Shown: one piece after another, positions 56,501 to 64,000 of the stretch
Numbering within the stretch: position 1 is the stretch's first letter
How the letters are laid out: the number at the start of each line of letters is the position of its first letter
Origin: Phoronis australis
Taxonomy: Eukaryota; Animalia; Phoronida
Length of the DNA: 64,000 bases
Direction of reading: 5' to 3'
Assembly (NCBI GenBank): GCA_002633005.1
Contig: NMRA01000384.1
Span: forward strand, 15,992 to 79,991
Notes under the pieces: generated by a model
Told to the model about the DNA's origin: nothing
The model's input: the letters and a program-made list of their open reading frames with translations, nothing else
The model's database searches: none
Made by a program: the position numbers and the translations under genes

Positions 56501-58862
56501 TCTTTGTCAAGAAACTTTTTATGACCAGCCGCTGAGCACAAATTGAAGGAGAATTTCTAAAAATCTGTATTCATTATTAAGCTCACCACCAATCACAATA
56601 TTGCAGTTCCAAAGAATAGGCACCTGGGCACCGCACGGTGGGTTGCTATTACTGAGTAGACTGTATCTGAACAGAATATTCCTTGTTCAATATTTTGCCA
56701 AACAAAAAAGTGACAAGATAAAGAATGGCACAAACACGATACACGTTTTTGTTGGTAGTGTCAGGAAACACAATATCCTTTCGTTCGGTGATCTGAAAAA
56801 TCACAATCAACATACGACGATCCCTCCACCTGTTTACAATCTCTAATCTTTCTTACCATAACATCCTTTTATGTCCATTTCCACACAACAGAATTTTAAC
56901 CAGTGAATAAAGACTAGGATGTTTGAAATCACTAACATGATTACGTTTTCTTAATTTCCGTTGATAGTTGAAAGCAAAATTGCAAAAACAGCAAAGGATT
57001 CTATACTCCAGTTTGGGAAGGTCGCTTGGGTTACATCTCGATTTGATGTTGGGAAAACAAAATGGTGGAATCGCAGCTTTAATTTTTGCTGGTGAACAAA
57101 TAGCTACAAAGATATTTGAACCCTTCAGTGGAACACCATTGCCATTCGAAACTGAACACCCGTTTAATGCGTTCAACAATTCAACGAGTCTTTTATCCAC
57201 ATACGCCACTCACCTTTTTTCTTCGGCTGTTTCGGAGCAGTATAGGTAAGTGACTCGTTTTCATTTCCGTTGGCAGACGACGGCATACCAAACAGACCAG
57301 CAAGCTTTGACCTGCAAAACATAAGTACGCCTGCATTCATTACTTCCACCAATTCAACATTATGCTTTAAAACGAGATGTGTCCAAACCACAATGGTTCT
57401 CCATGTTTGAAATTTTGCATTGCTAAAACGAGGCATTGTCTCCTAAACAATAACGCACAACACTCAACACTCATTTTTGCAGCGCCACCAGTTTCCATTT
57501 TATCCATACTCTTATGCCTGGTTGTGTTGAAAACGAATATGTCACTTTTTATTCATTAAACAATGAACATTCATCCAGGTGAAAAGTAGATGTCACCAAT
57601 CCCCAGTATTAAAGAGCCAGGCAGCTCTAAACAAAAGCAGTGAAGGTGGCCTTATGTCATTTTCAGTGCATCAGACATGCGCAGGCCTCATGGTTGGGTC
57701 CACTGCACCAAACACCTGAGCTAAGAACACGAGAGCCCCGTTATGATTCTTCGTGAAGAAAGTTTCAAGTCTCCTTTAAGAAAATGGACAGACGTTTCCA
57801 TTTGTTGCCATGCACTATATATGTTGCAGGCATGTAACAGTGCCGTCCAGTAGGTTGCTCCTTAGCCTATAAAAAGCTGGGCAAGACTCTACCAGGTGTT
57901 TAGGGGTTTTAACATCAGTACCACCCTCGCGACACACTGGGCTCCCCATATGTCCAGTAATGTGTCTGTGTCAGGCTAGGTTACAGTGGCCTGACAAACT
58001 TTGAATGATGTGTCTTATGCCCAATCTAGATTTTTTTAACCTTTTGGTTTGATCACGTTGAAAAGCTCTACTAACATCAGGAAATTATTATACAGTAAAG
58101 TCCACAACTTGTGATTTTCAATTTTTCGCACCTGAATGTCATTCGTGTTTTCTTATCTGTTCTGGTAAATTTAACAGCTTTGCTTTTTAATATTATGAAA
58201 TTTTCGACGTGACTGCGCCTTAACGGTATACCACCTGGAGAATTTCTCACTTACACTTGTAAGCATGCAAAATAAAGTTCTTTTACAAATCATCGAATTA
58301 AACAATTTCCGAATGCACTATTATAATGTCAGTTACTTGCAGTTTTTAAGTAATTACATCAAGTGACGACAAGAGTCACATTTGCTTTTTTACTTCAGCG
58401 CCCTCTTTTTTCCACACGTGACCTCAGCTTCTGGTCAACCTATAGTATATAGTGTATTGGGGACCATCAGAAGCTAAGGACCCCAGTGCTTTTTTCCAGA
58501 CTAAAATTAAGTCAAATTTCCGTCAAACATGTCGCTGCATTACTAAAACCACAACAAAGTCTTTCAATTTGATTTCAATGTGGTTGCACCTGTTTCAAGT
58601 GTGTGGTTAGTGATTGTCCGGATAAGGCAAACCAAGCCCAAGGGCATTGTTGTTAATCTGTAGGCCCTAAGTGTAACACACTAACTCAATCTCAACTGTC
58701 TGGTCACGACTCAGTTAACATTGAGAATTTTAAAACGTTGGGCCATTTCTTCACCGGAAACCCAGCCAAAAATTCAACTATGCTAATTGACACTATGACC
58801 AATTTTTACCCTCCTGACGGAGTAAGGAAGTCGTTTTCATCGTCATCAGCACTAAAAAACAT
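20498..58862 (-). CDS. FKBP15: FK506-binding protein 15 (FKBP15/WAFL/FKBP133) orthologue, 29 coding exons, about 1416 aa
   Basis: Hand-assembled exons all have GT-AG boundaries and matching phases, summing to 4251 nt. Peptides match recalled human FKBP15: [51 protein letters not shown] domain, [44 protein letters not shown], and C-terminal [19 protein letters not shown]. Additional alternative exons may have been missed. Confidence 0.95.
20737..20925. repeat. Degenerate 30-bp tandem repeat in the last FKBP15 intron
   Basis: Units like AGTTGAACTACCAGCTGAGGTTTCAGCTAG. Confidence 0.7.
21330..21420 (-). CDS. FKBP15: FKBP15 exon 28 ([30 protein letters not shown])
   Basis: 91 nt, phase 2-0, CAG / GTAAGT. 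Confidence 0.85.
22690..22765 (-). CDS. FKBP15: FKBP15 exon 27 ([24 protein letters not shown])
   Basis: 76 nt, phase 1-2, TAG / GTAAG. Confidence 0.85.
23250..24030. mobile_element. Solo LTR (781 bp) with 5-bp TSD
   Basis: Begins TGTCA and ends TGACA; flanked by ATGTC at 23245-23249 and 24031-24035; internal TATAAA near 23574, a roughly 60-bp direct repeat and GATCAAGTCA repeats. Confidence 0.8.
24396..24553. repeat. 14-bp minisatellite (AGTCYACTAATTGR), about 11 copies
   Basis: Direct reading. Confidence 0.9.
24884..25074. mobile_element. PIF/Harbinger-like MITE next to the exon 26 donor
   Basis: Imperfect ~34-bp TIR TAAAGGCCCGTTCACACTAAGTGATTTGCCTGCA / TGCAGACAAATCGCTAAGAGCAGACAGGGCTTTA, with TAA/TTA ends. 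Confidence 0.55.
25091..26000 (-). repeat. Coding tandem repeat, 66 bp / 22 aa, about 14 copies
   Basis: Consensus [22 protein letters not shown]; TGD[KR]G is present in all 14 copies. Confidence 0.95.
25091..26162 (-). CDS. FKBP15: FKBP15 exon 26: MVTLKL, acidic tract, then 14 x 22-aa repeats
   Basis: 1072 nt, CAG acceptor at 26163 and G|GTTAG donor; begins MVTL like the human exon after NTIK; phase 1 fits the next exon. Confidence 0.88.
27608..27828. other. Assembly gap
   Basis: Run of N. Confidence 1.
27829..28110 (-). mobile_element. Partial HINE related to 13055-14274, truncated by an assembly gap
   Basis: Hairpin ATGCGTCCACATAT-AA-ATATGTGGGCGCAT (28081-28110), (GGAC)n microsatellite, CCACTAGGGGGC and AAATTTCATGA motifs; abuts an A-run. 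Confidence 0.7.
31785..31892 (-). CDS. FKBP15: FKBP15 exon 25 ([36 protein letters not shown])
   Basis: 108 nt; matches human VKKIMNQVFQSLR...NTIK. Confidence 0.93.
32215..32394. repeat. 28-bp minisatellite (AACTAGGTCAATCATCTGCCACGGTCAT), about 6 copies
   Basis: Direct reading; a partial array recurs at 33016-33080. Confidence 0.9.
32781..32933 (-). CDS. FKBP15: FKBP15 exon 24, copy B (probably the second allele)
   Basis: Nearly identical to 33467-33619, 686 bp away; V-to-I change and GTGGGT donor; the duplicated blocks meet at a single N (33015). Confidence 0.5.
33467..33619 (-). CDS. FKBP15: FKBP15 exon 24, copy A ([18 protein letters not shown]...DVIEAE)
   Basis: 153 nt, TAG / GTGAGT. 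Confidence 0.85.
34363..34455 (-). CDS. FKBP15: FKBP15 exon 23 ([31 protein letters not shown])
   Basis: 93 nt, phase 0-0. Confidence 0.85.
34783..34981. repeat. 20-bp minisatellite (GGATGGGTATGGCCCCACAA), about 10 copies
   Basis: Direct reading; lies just inside the intron after exon 22. Confidence 0.9.
35002..35154 (-). CDS. FKBP15: FKBP15 exon 22 ([27 protein letters not shown]...)
   Basis: 153 nt; matches human W.AKC..LLA. Confidence 0.9.
35742..35813 (-). CDS. FKBP15: FKBP15 exon 21 ([24 protein letters not shown])
   Basis: 72 nt; matches human STDQAAAEQ. Confidence 0.9.
36009..36092 (-). CDS. FKBP15: FKBP15 exon 20 ([28 protein letters not shown])
   Basis: 84 nt; matches human LSERKKK...EEEIDE. 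Confidence 0.88.
37147..37194. repeat. Perfect 48-bp palindrome
   Basis: ATAACTGATGATGTAATTTCTATA|TATAGAAATTACATCATCAGTTAT. Confidence 0.95.
37700..37775 (+). mobile_element. tRNA-like SINE head
   Basis: Box A TGGCATAGTTGG, box B-like CTTCAAGTCC; ends CTGGGTCACACTG, shared with 63001-63078. Confidence 0.5.
37902..38038 (-). CDS. FKBP15: FKBP15 exon 19 ([23 protein letters not shown]...LDK)
   Basis: 137 nt, phase 1-0; coiled coil. Confidence 0.88.
40180..40398 (-). mobile_element. tRNA-derived SINE
   Basis: Minus strand GGGGACAGTGTGGCTCAGTGG (box A)...CCGGGTTCCAATCC (box B), then a body and an AT-rich tail GTGCTATACAAAATTTAATTAATT. Confidence 0.6.
42828..42999 (-). CDS. FKBP15: FKBP15 exon 18 ([20 protein letters not shown]...)
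   Basis: 172 nt (or 166 nt using the acceptor at 42993); GTAAG donor. Confidence 0.88.
43373..43489. repeat. 14-bp minisatellite (TAGACATTTTTCCG), about 8 copies
   Basis: Direct reading. Confidence 0.85.
43851..43953 (-). CDS. FKBP15: FKBP15 exon 17 ([14 protein letters not shown]...[11 protein letters not shown])
   Basis: 103 nt; conserved coiled coil. Confidence 0.92.
44326..44467. repeat. 18/19-bp minisatellite (CATTGTGGGTCCACTTTGG), about 8 copies
   Basis: Direct reading. Confidence 0.9.
44584..44789 (-). CDS. FKBP15: FKBP15 exon 16 (...[41 protein letters not shown])
   Basis: 206 nt; conserved coiled coil. Confidence 0.93.
45234..45373 (-). CDS. FKBP15: FKBP15 exon 15 (...[29 protein letters not shown])
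   Basis: 140 nt; matches human EARQHNTEIRMAVSKVADKMD. Confidence 0.92.
45983..46103 (-). CDS. FKBP15: FKBP15 exon 14 ([20 protein letters not shown]...FP)
   Basis: 121 nt, phase 0-1; the exact acceptor is ambiguous because of tandem in-frame CAGs. Confidence 0.82.
46749..46804 (-). CDS. FKBP15: FKBP15 exon 13 ([18 protein letters not shown])
   Basis: 56 nt, phase 1-0, CAG / GTAAG. Confidence 0.82.
47710..47899 (-). CDS. FKBP15: FKBP15 exon 12 (Pro/Gln-rich)
   Basis: 190 nt, NAGNAG acceptor, GTAAG donor, phase fits neighbours. Confidence 0.85.
48662..48784 (-). CDS. FKBP15: FKBP15 exon 11 ([23 protein letters not shown]...)
   Basis: 123 nt; FKBP15 signature [16 protein letters not shown]. 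Confidence 0.93.
49130..49200. repeat. 21-bp tandem repeat (TAATTCATGAATTCTATCCCA), about 3.5 copies
   Basis: Direct reading. Confidence 0.85.
49793..49984 (-). CDS. FKBP15: FKBP15 exon 10 (VKLAKEK...[13 protein letters not shown])
   Basis: 192 nt; matches human RTKSNSLSEQL. Confidence 0.88.
50484..50627 (-). CDS. FKBP15: FKBP15 exon 9 ([26 protein letters not shown]...[14 protein letters not shown])
   Basis: 144 nt; canonical C-terminal half of the FKBP domain. Confidence 0.94.
52131..52199 (-). CDS. FKBP15: FKBP15 exon 8 ([23 protein letters not shown])
   Basis: 69 nt; FKBP FDS and VI motifs. Confidence 0.93.
52764..52916 (-). CDS. FKBP15: FKBP15 exon 7 (VALAKAN...[22 protein letters not shown])
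   Basis: 153 nt; start of the FKBP domain. Confidence 0.93.
53312..53410 (-). CDS. FKBP15: FKBP15 exon 6 ([33 protein letters not shown])
   Basis: 99 nt, phase 0-0, strongly conserved. Confidence 0.93.
54369..54566. repeat. Degenerate ~29-bp tandem repeat overlapping the FKBP15 exon 5 donor, about 7 copies
   Basis: Unit GGTGTGRACTTACRGAGAARGYAAATGTT. Confidence 0.8.
54544..54618 (-). CDS. FKBP15: FKBP15 exon 5 ([25 protein letters not shown])
   Basis: 75 nt, TAG / GTAAGT; matches human YRILLYISQQQPVT. Confidence 0.92.
55586..55655 (-). CDS. FKBP15: FKBP15 exon 4 ([23 protein letters not shown])
   Basis: 70 nt, CAG / GTAAG; matches human QGKFGAAVL. Confidence 0.9.
56286..56358 (-). CDS. 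FKBP15: FKBP15 exon 3 (...[10 protein letters not shown])
   Basis: 73 nt, TAG / GTAAG; start of the WH1-like domain. Confidence 0.9.
57214..57311 (-). CDS. FKBP15: FKBP15 exon 2 (SKLAGLFG...[10 protein letters not shown])
   Basis: 98 nt, CAG acceptor, GTGAGT donor; conserved YTAPKQPKK. Confidence 0.92.
58810..58862 (-). CDS. FKBP15: FKBP15 exon 1 ([18 protein letters not shown])
   Basis: ATG at 58862, GTAAAA donor; resembles the human N-terminus MFGAGDEDDTDFLSPSGG. Confidence 0.9.
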
Positions 58863-58929
58863 CTCTGGTCTTCATCCGAACACTCCGCACACTTTGGAAA
58901 CACTTCCCCCTTTTCTTGTCACAAGAATA

Positions 58930-58943
58930 GTGACGTCACTTCC
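58930..58943 (-). promoter_or_regulatory. Overlapping ETS-CRE promoter motif (GGAAGTGACGTCAC)
   Basis: + strand GTGACGTCACTTCC contains a perfect CRE (TGACGTCA, 58931-58938) overlapping an ETS core, 68 bp upstream of the FKBP15 ATG. Confidence 0.6.
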
Positions 58944-59796
58944 TTCTTATACTCGACGACATCTGTTGGTGAAATTATATTTGTCAATTTCTCGTAAATA
59001 ATAGCACATTTTAGAAATATTGCTTCCCATGTATGTATTGAGGAATAATTTATGGTGGCATAATTCAGAAATGGACCTTAATTGGTGAATATTATTTGAC
59101 ACGATTACTGATGACGAAATTACAATCGGACATCGCTTGAGAGCCTTGTGACCTCTGTGTAAACATATTGTGCTTGTGGTAATTTATCGTCACGACGTGC
59201 CTCATTTGGTAAAGCGTTGGTCCCAGGGTACCAGAATTGTGTTCTAGCTGTCCTTAAAATTTGTCGTGTGGTTTACCGTATTTAAAAAGAGGCTGCGATC
59301 GTCAAGAGGTGGTAAGTTTGGTTGTGTTCATGCAGTCGCGGGAGATCTTGGATTCTTTGGTAACCTGATATTTGATTCTTACGACTTTTAAATCGTAAGA
59401 AGTACGTCATCAACGTCTACGAACTTGCACACTTTACTGGTTGGCCAACACACAGACACATTTAATCAGCCACTCGTATGACTCTATAATAAATAGAAGG
59501 TATAATCTAGGCTATCCTATGTGGCAGGCGAGCTCTTTCGTTTAAAAATTAACGGGACAGCTTTAATCATAGGCAACAGGTAGCCCCTCGGCCTCGGTTG
59601 GCTGGCTAGGGGCTAAGCAATTAGGTAGCCCTGGATGCCAAAGGCATACAGGAGGAATAGTACATCTCCATAAAAAGTTATTCATCTTAAAGCATAGCTA
59701 ATAAAATTGCATGAATCGTGTGCGTGATATACATACACGCTGAGTTATAATTAATACATTTCGTGACTCTGGATATAATTTGGTGAACGTAACTTG

Positions 59797-59989
59797 CAGC
59801 GGCGGACCTAGGATATCATAAGGGGGACCCAACATTTTGTCTCGGGCAATTGCGCAACAAAGCACAATTGTAGCCCAAAAATAGGGAACTCGTTTCTGAG
59901 GTTGTGGACCTTTTACTAAAAAACAAACGGAGGACTAAAGTAATCGGACCCTCCCCCCCCTCCCCCCCTCCCTATATCCGCTTATAATG
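59797..59989. mobile_element. MITE of the CAG.GGCGGA family with apparent 5-bp TSD (ACTTG)
   Basis: CAGCGGCGGACC...poly-C...ATCCGCTTATAATG flanked by ACTTG; the right TIR is imperfect. Confidence 0.5.
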
Positions 59990-61556
59990 ACTTGAACTAT
60001 ACAGTACGACCACCCTCTCTAGCTGGCTCAGCAGAGACGGTGTAGCTCCTATCAAAGTCACGTTATATTACCTTTTGCGCTTAGGGACACCTTAGGAGGC
60101 CATCAATGTCTTTAATTTCTCCCAACTCGAACAAATATTCTCATTACCAAACTTTTTCTTTGAGCAGTCCCCCATTGAGCTCCCAAAGTTAGTAACTGTC
60201 TATATTTACACTGCGCACGCCAGGGGATATGACGTCATACCACCTGTTACCTTTTCACCGCAAAATATTTGAACTGATGTCATGTGAGTTAGGCAAGGAC
60301 TAGCGCAAGACTAAGCAAAGCGCTTGAGCTAGCACGTGACACATGCAAAAATTAGCACAGGAAGGTATTAGGTAGAATTGGCAAGATTTTTGTTCGTCAA
60401 TAGACATGATTTCAGATAACTTCCCCAAAAATGGCACCCGGTAAGGGAAGCTCAAGCGAACGGCGACATATTTTCACGAATGTGTTCAAATTACTTTGAC
60501 TAATTTGTCTCGAATCATGGTATATTATGTTACCTGCAACTCCATGTGCATATGTGCATGTTTCATTTGATTTTATTCACTGTAACTTTTTATGGGGGTG
60601 TACTATTGCCCCTGTATGCATGCAGTATTCAGGGCGATGTAATTGCCTACTAACTTTAAATACTCTTCAAACTGGCAATTCCAACCATTAATGCCTAACA
60701 TGATATTTGTTTAGTGAAGGCACAACAATTAAAAGCAAATGGAACCACCTGATTGGGCAAATGCCTCTAATTCCAAACCTCACTCCATTGTGCTTCCAAT
60801 GGGTATAGGTGGTGTCAAAGCAAAATAACAACATAATTGGCGACACATCGTGGTGAGGGTAACGAATAAATATTACAATATGTATTCTTGGAACAAGTGT
60901 GCATCACATCTCGTTCATCGGTTTTGTTCCAGATTTATTACTGCCTCACTCTGACTCACGCCTGTGCCTAATGGACAGCTCAAAACTTTCAACCAGTCAG
61001 CAACTGTATCACGATTTTGTTGTTTTCACTTGGTACGAGGCTATTTTAACCATGCACAATAGAGCGCCTTCTTGTGGTATCCATCGTTAATCAGTGAGTG
61101 AATTGTGGAATTTGGGACATGTTGCTTGCAGGAGACGGTTCCATTTTTCTTCAATGGTTGTGTCTTCTCTTAACCAATATTAGGTTAAGCGTTATAATAT
61201 CAAGTAAAGATCCATTTTGGAACCGAAAAGCCATACCTTGAAGTCGTCGGTGCACAGCCATTTTGTACGTATCTCACAGACTTGATTCACCACTTGGTGC
61301 ACCCTCTTTTGTTGTGGAGAAGGCACACTACATGGTGATAGAACTTTGGAAAATGGCCTATTTGAAAAAAATCGTTTCGGGACATATTGATTATGTATTT
61401 CATCATTGAAACAAGTTGTTCTTTTCAGTGTTCATCTCAAACTTCCAAACGTCAGTCCTGCGAGGTCTGAGAAAATCCACAATCTTCCAGCTGTTAGTCG
61501 CCGTGGTAATAGTTTCCATAGTGATTCATTGGCATTGCCTGAACAAAGATTACAAG

Positions 61557-61571
61557 ATGAACCACAGCATG
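61557..61571 (+). CDS. Candidate first coding segment (MNHSM) of a divergent gene, possibly a Ctr/SLC31A copper transporter
   Basis: Exon 61429-61571 has a TTCTTTTCAG acceptor and a GTAAG donor at 61572; Met/His-rich start with phase-0 intron; lies head-to-head with FKBP15. The rest of the gene is not seen in the window. Confidence 0.4.
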
Positions 61572-63000
61572 GTAAGAAAATTGTTAGCTTTTCTTTGAAA
61601 GCTTTGGGTGTTTAGGAACCAATCAATCCTGCTACTAAAATCTCATGTTGAAGTTCTACATGACTTTTGTACACTTATTGATGTCGAAGCAGAGTTTTTG
61701 CTCACCTGATGAAAGGGTGCGTGTGCCTCCTGAGAGTTTTGTTTTCCAGAACACCCTCCCCCCTCCCCTGTTCACAACCAGTCCGAGGGACTATATGAGT
61801 TAGAAGTGATTCTAAACTTGAGATTCTTTTGACCTTTGGAGGGGAATTTTTGGAATTGATGAGGGGAATGGAGCCAGTGCTCGGAGGCATCGAGTGCTCG
61901 GCAATATGATGTCACAAATGATGAAGTTAATCATTCAATAAATTTCTGAGTGTAACATTGTCATTGTCGTAAAACCTCATTAATTTTGGAGAAAGTATAA
62001 CTATGTAATCTTTTTCATTTTCAAATGGTCTTATTATTCTGTCGTGAATGCTGATAGCTACACAAAATCTCGTCTGATACCAAACTATTTCATAAAATTT
62101 AAAACTGGATAAGCCTTGATTTGGTGCTGCTGTCTTTGTTAAAAAATAGGAAAAAATAGCATTTCATATATACCTGCCATATTGCGCCCTAAAGTGACAT
62201 AATTTTAGCTTGATTAACACAGGTTTAGATATAATCATCATATTGTCAAATTGTGTGGGAAACTTGTTATCAGTTGTTATGTGGCTGGGTGTGGTGGGTT
62301 GGGTTGTGGTTGACTGTAGAGCTGTGTTCCCCGTCATTTCTTTTTGTCTCCTGGTGCCAGTCCTGATATTTTATTGGAGGTCGCTCACTTTTCAGACGTT
62401 TGAAGACTGTGCGTATGATTTTCTAAAATGAGACGTTTATAGCAACTTTTGTGAAGTTTCGCAAATTTATGATGTTTAGTGTCATTCAGCTGTGGTAGAA
62501 TTTCGAACATGGGTGTCGATATAGTGCTGTCATGTTGTATTTGTCAGTCAGAATGTGAAGAAGAGTTGGATGTTGTTATACAGACAGAAGATCCCATGTT
62601 TGAGCCCCTATCACATCAGAAACGTTTTCGATGTGTAATTTCTAACTCACGTGACGTGATCATGTATGACTTGATACGATTATGTACGCTGTGCATGCTG
62701 TATATCGTACTCGTCTGTGGTCAGTTTATCACCCTCTCAAAGTTTTAAATTTTCACTTCGAGGCGTCCATTCTCGGCATATCGTCCACCCCGAATTTACG
62801 TGATTGAGACTTTCTTGAAAGTGCTCGTGTCGTCACCAGAATAAAACAAAATTTCAGGTGGTTTGGTACAAATTGTACCAGACGTGCACGGGCCTCTCAC
62901 ATGGACCCATTGCACTGATCACCAGGAGCCATGTTCATGCTTTTTTAATTTTTGGTTAAAACCGAGCTGAGGAGCCAGAGACCTGACTCAAAAGTCCAAA

Positions 63001-63078
63001 CAGTGTGACCCAGTGGAACTCGAACTCACAACCTCGAGTAAAGACAGCGGGCATCTATCGCACTAGGCCACACTGACC
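63001..63078 (-). mobile_element. tRNA-like SINE head, same family as 37700-37775
   Basis: Minus strand TGGCCTAGTGCG...GAGTTCGAGTTCC...CTGGGTCACACTG. Confidence 0.5.
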
Positions 63079-64000
63079 CCTCTCTTCACAAGAACCAATC
63101 AGAATTGTAGCTCCAAAAAGTACGCAGCTCACACTCCTTTGAGAGACAATCTCGTCAGCGGAACTTTGTCTTATTTGGGGTGGAAAATACCTGGCGTGCG
63201 TGTCATGAACTCAAGATACCCACGAAGCACTATTGTTAAATAACCTCTGCGCATGTAAGATATGGAACAGAGTTTTAGTCTAGTCTCAGAACTGCTTTGT
63301 ACTGAGGGCGTCGTGAATTAGTTCTTTTGGCTCATGTGCATTCCAATATTGATGAATGCCTATGCACAAATATGGTTAAAACATTCTCGTAACTGGCCAG
63401 CTCGTTATCTGCATGATTCTTGCATTGGAAAATTTAAAAGCATACATCAAAAAGCTATGCATGCAATCACTCCATAAAGGATAATAGCCCTTTACTGTTC
63501 TCAATATTTTTGTTTAACTCTTCTAACACATGATATCCAACGTCAGTGTAACTTCCATGTGCCCCCCCCCCTCCCTCTCCCCCCTAAATCCGCCTATGTT
63601 TTTTCCTATTTTTCAAGTCGGCTTCAATGTTGGTTGACAGCTTCACCATGTAAACCATGCTACTAGCATGGTGGAACCTTGCCAAATCAAGACACCTATA
63701 GACAACTGAAATTTTATTGTCTCATTTTCCACTTATTTATGTAAATCTTTCCTACGGTACTTGTTTTTGCTAGAAACTTTGTCAAGATGAAATGTCTCTG
63801 TTCACCTTACCACAAAGGACAATGTCCTATGTGCCCCATAGCACTGCACAGTCAACCCACAAATGGCCAGTGTTGTATGGCATGAAGTGTGATAAACATG
63901 GTGCACTTGATATCAAGTGATAATGAGGGTATGGTGTTTTCACTAGGAAGTTTAATGGACTTTGTCCCTGCCTAATTCTTTTGGATGCTTTTTAATATTG

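Noticed and set aside
37700-63078. tRNA-like sequences at 37700, 40335-40398 and 63001 as tRNA genes
   Set aside because: Acceptor stems do not pair properly and shared non-tRNA tails indicate SINE heads.

Overview
Eukaryotic (animal) genomic DNA: AT-rich, intron-rich and full of small transposon-derived repeats. It is most consistent with a heterozygous invertebrate assembly; an invertebrate deuterostome is my guess, not proven. There is no prokaryotic content. Main features: (1) an intronless + strand ORF at 9457-12267 encoding a signal peptide-LRR-LRRCT-Ig-TM receptor ending in a PDZ-type motif (DTRL). (2) A complete minus-strand FKBP15 (WAFL/FKBP133) orthologue, which I reconstructed by hand as 29 phase-compatible GT-AG exons from ATG 58862 to TGA 20498 (4251 nt, about 1416 aa). 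It has a canonical-looking FKBP active site, an exon carrying 14 copies of a 22-aa motif I do not recognise (P-S-K-A-x-I-T-G-D-K-G-V-P), and several LF-acidic motifs. (3) A probable divergent gene starting beyond 59 kb whose candidate first coding exon (MNHSM|GT) fits a Ctr/SLC31A copper transporter, mirroring the human FKBP15-SLC31A1 head-to-head pair. (4) A candidate micro-exon chain at 17.2-18.6 kb. (5) Mobile DNA: a solo LTR with a 5-bp TSD, Helentron-derived HINEs, MITEs, tRNA-derived SINEs and several minisatellites. Three duplications flanking N characters are probably allelic or assembly artefacts. All identifications come from recalled homology and manual reading; no searches were run.
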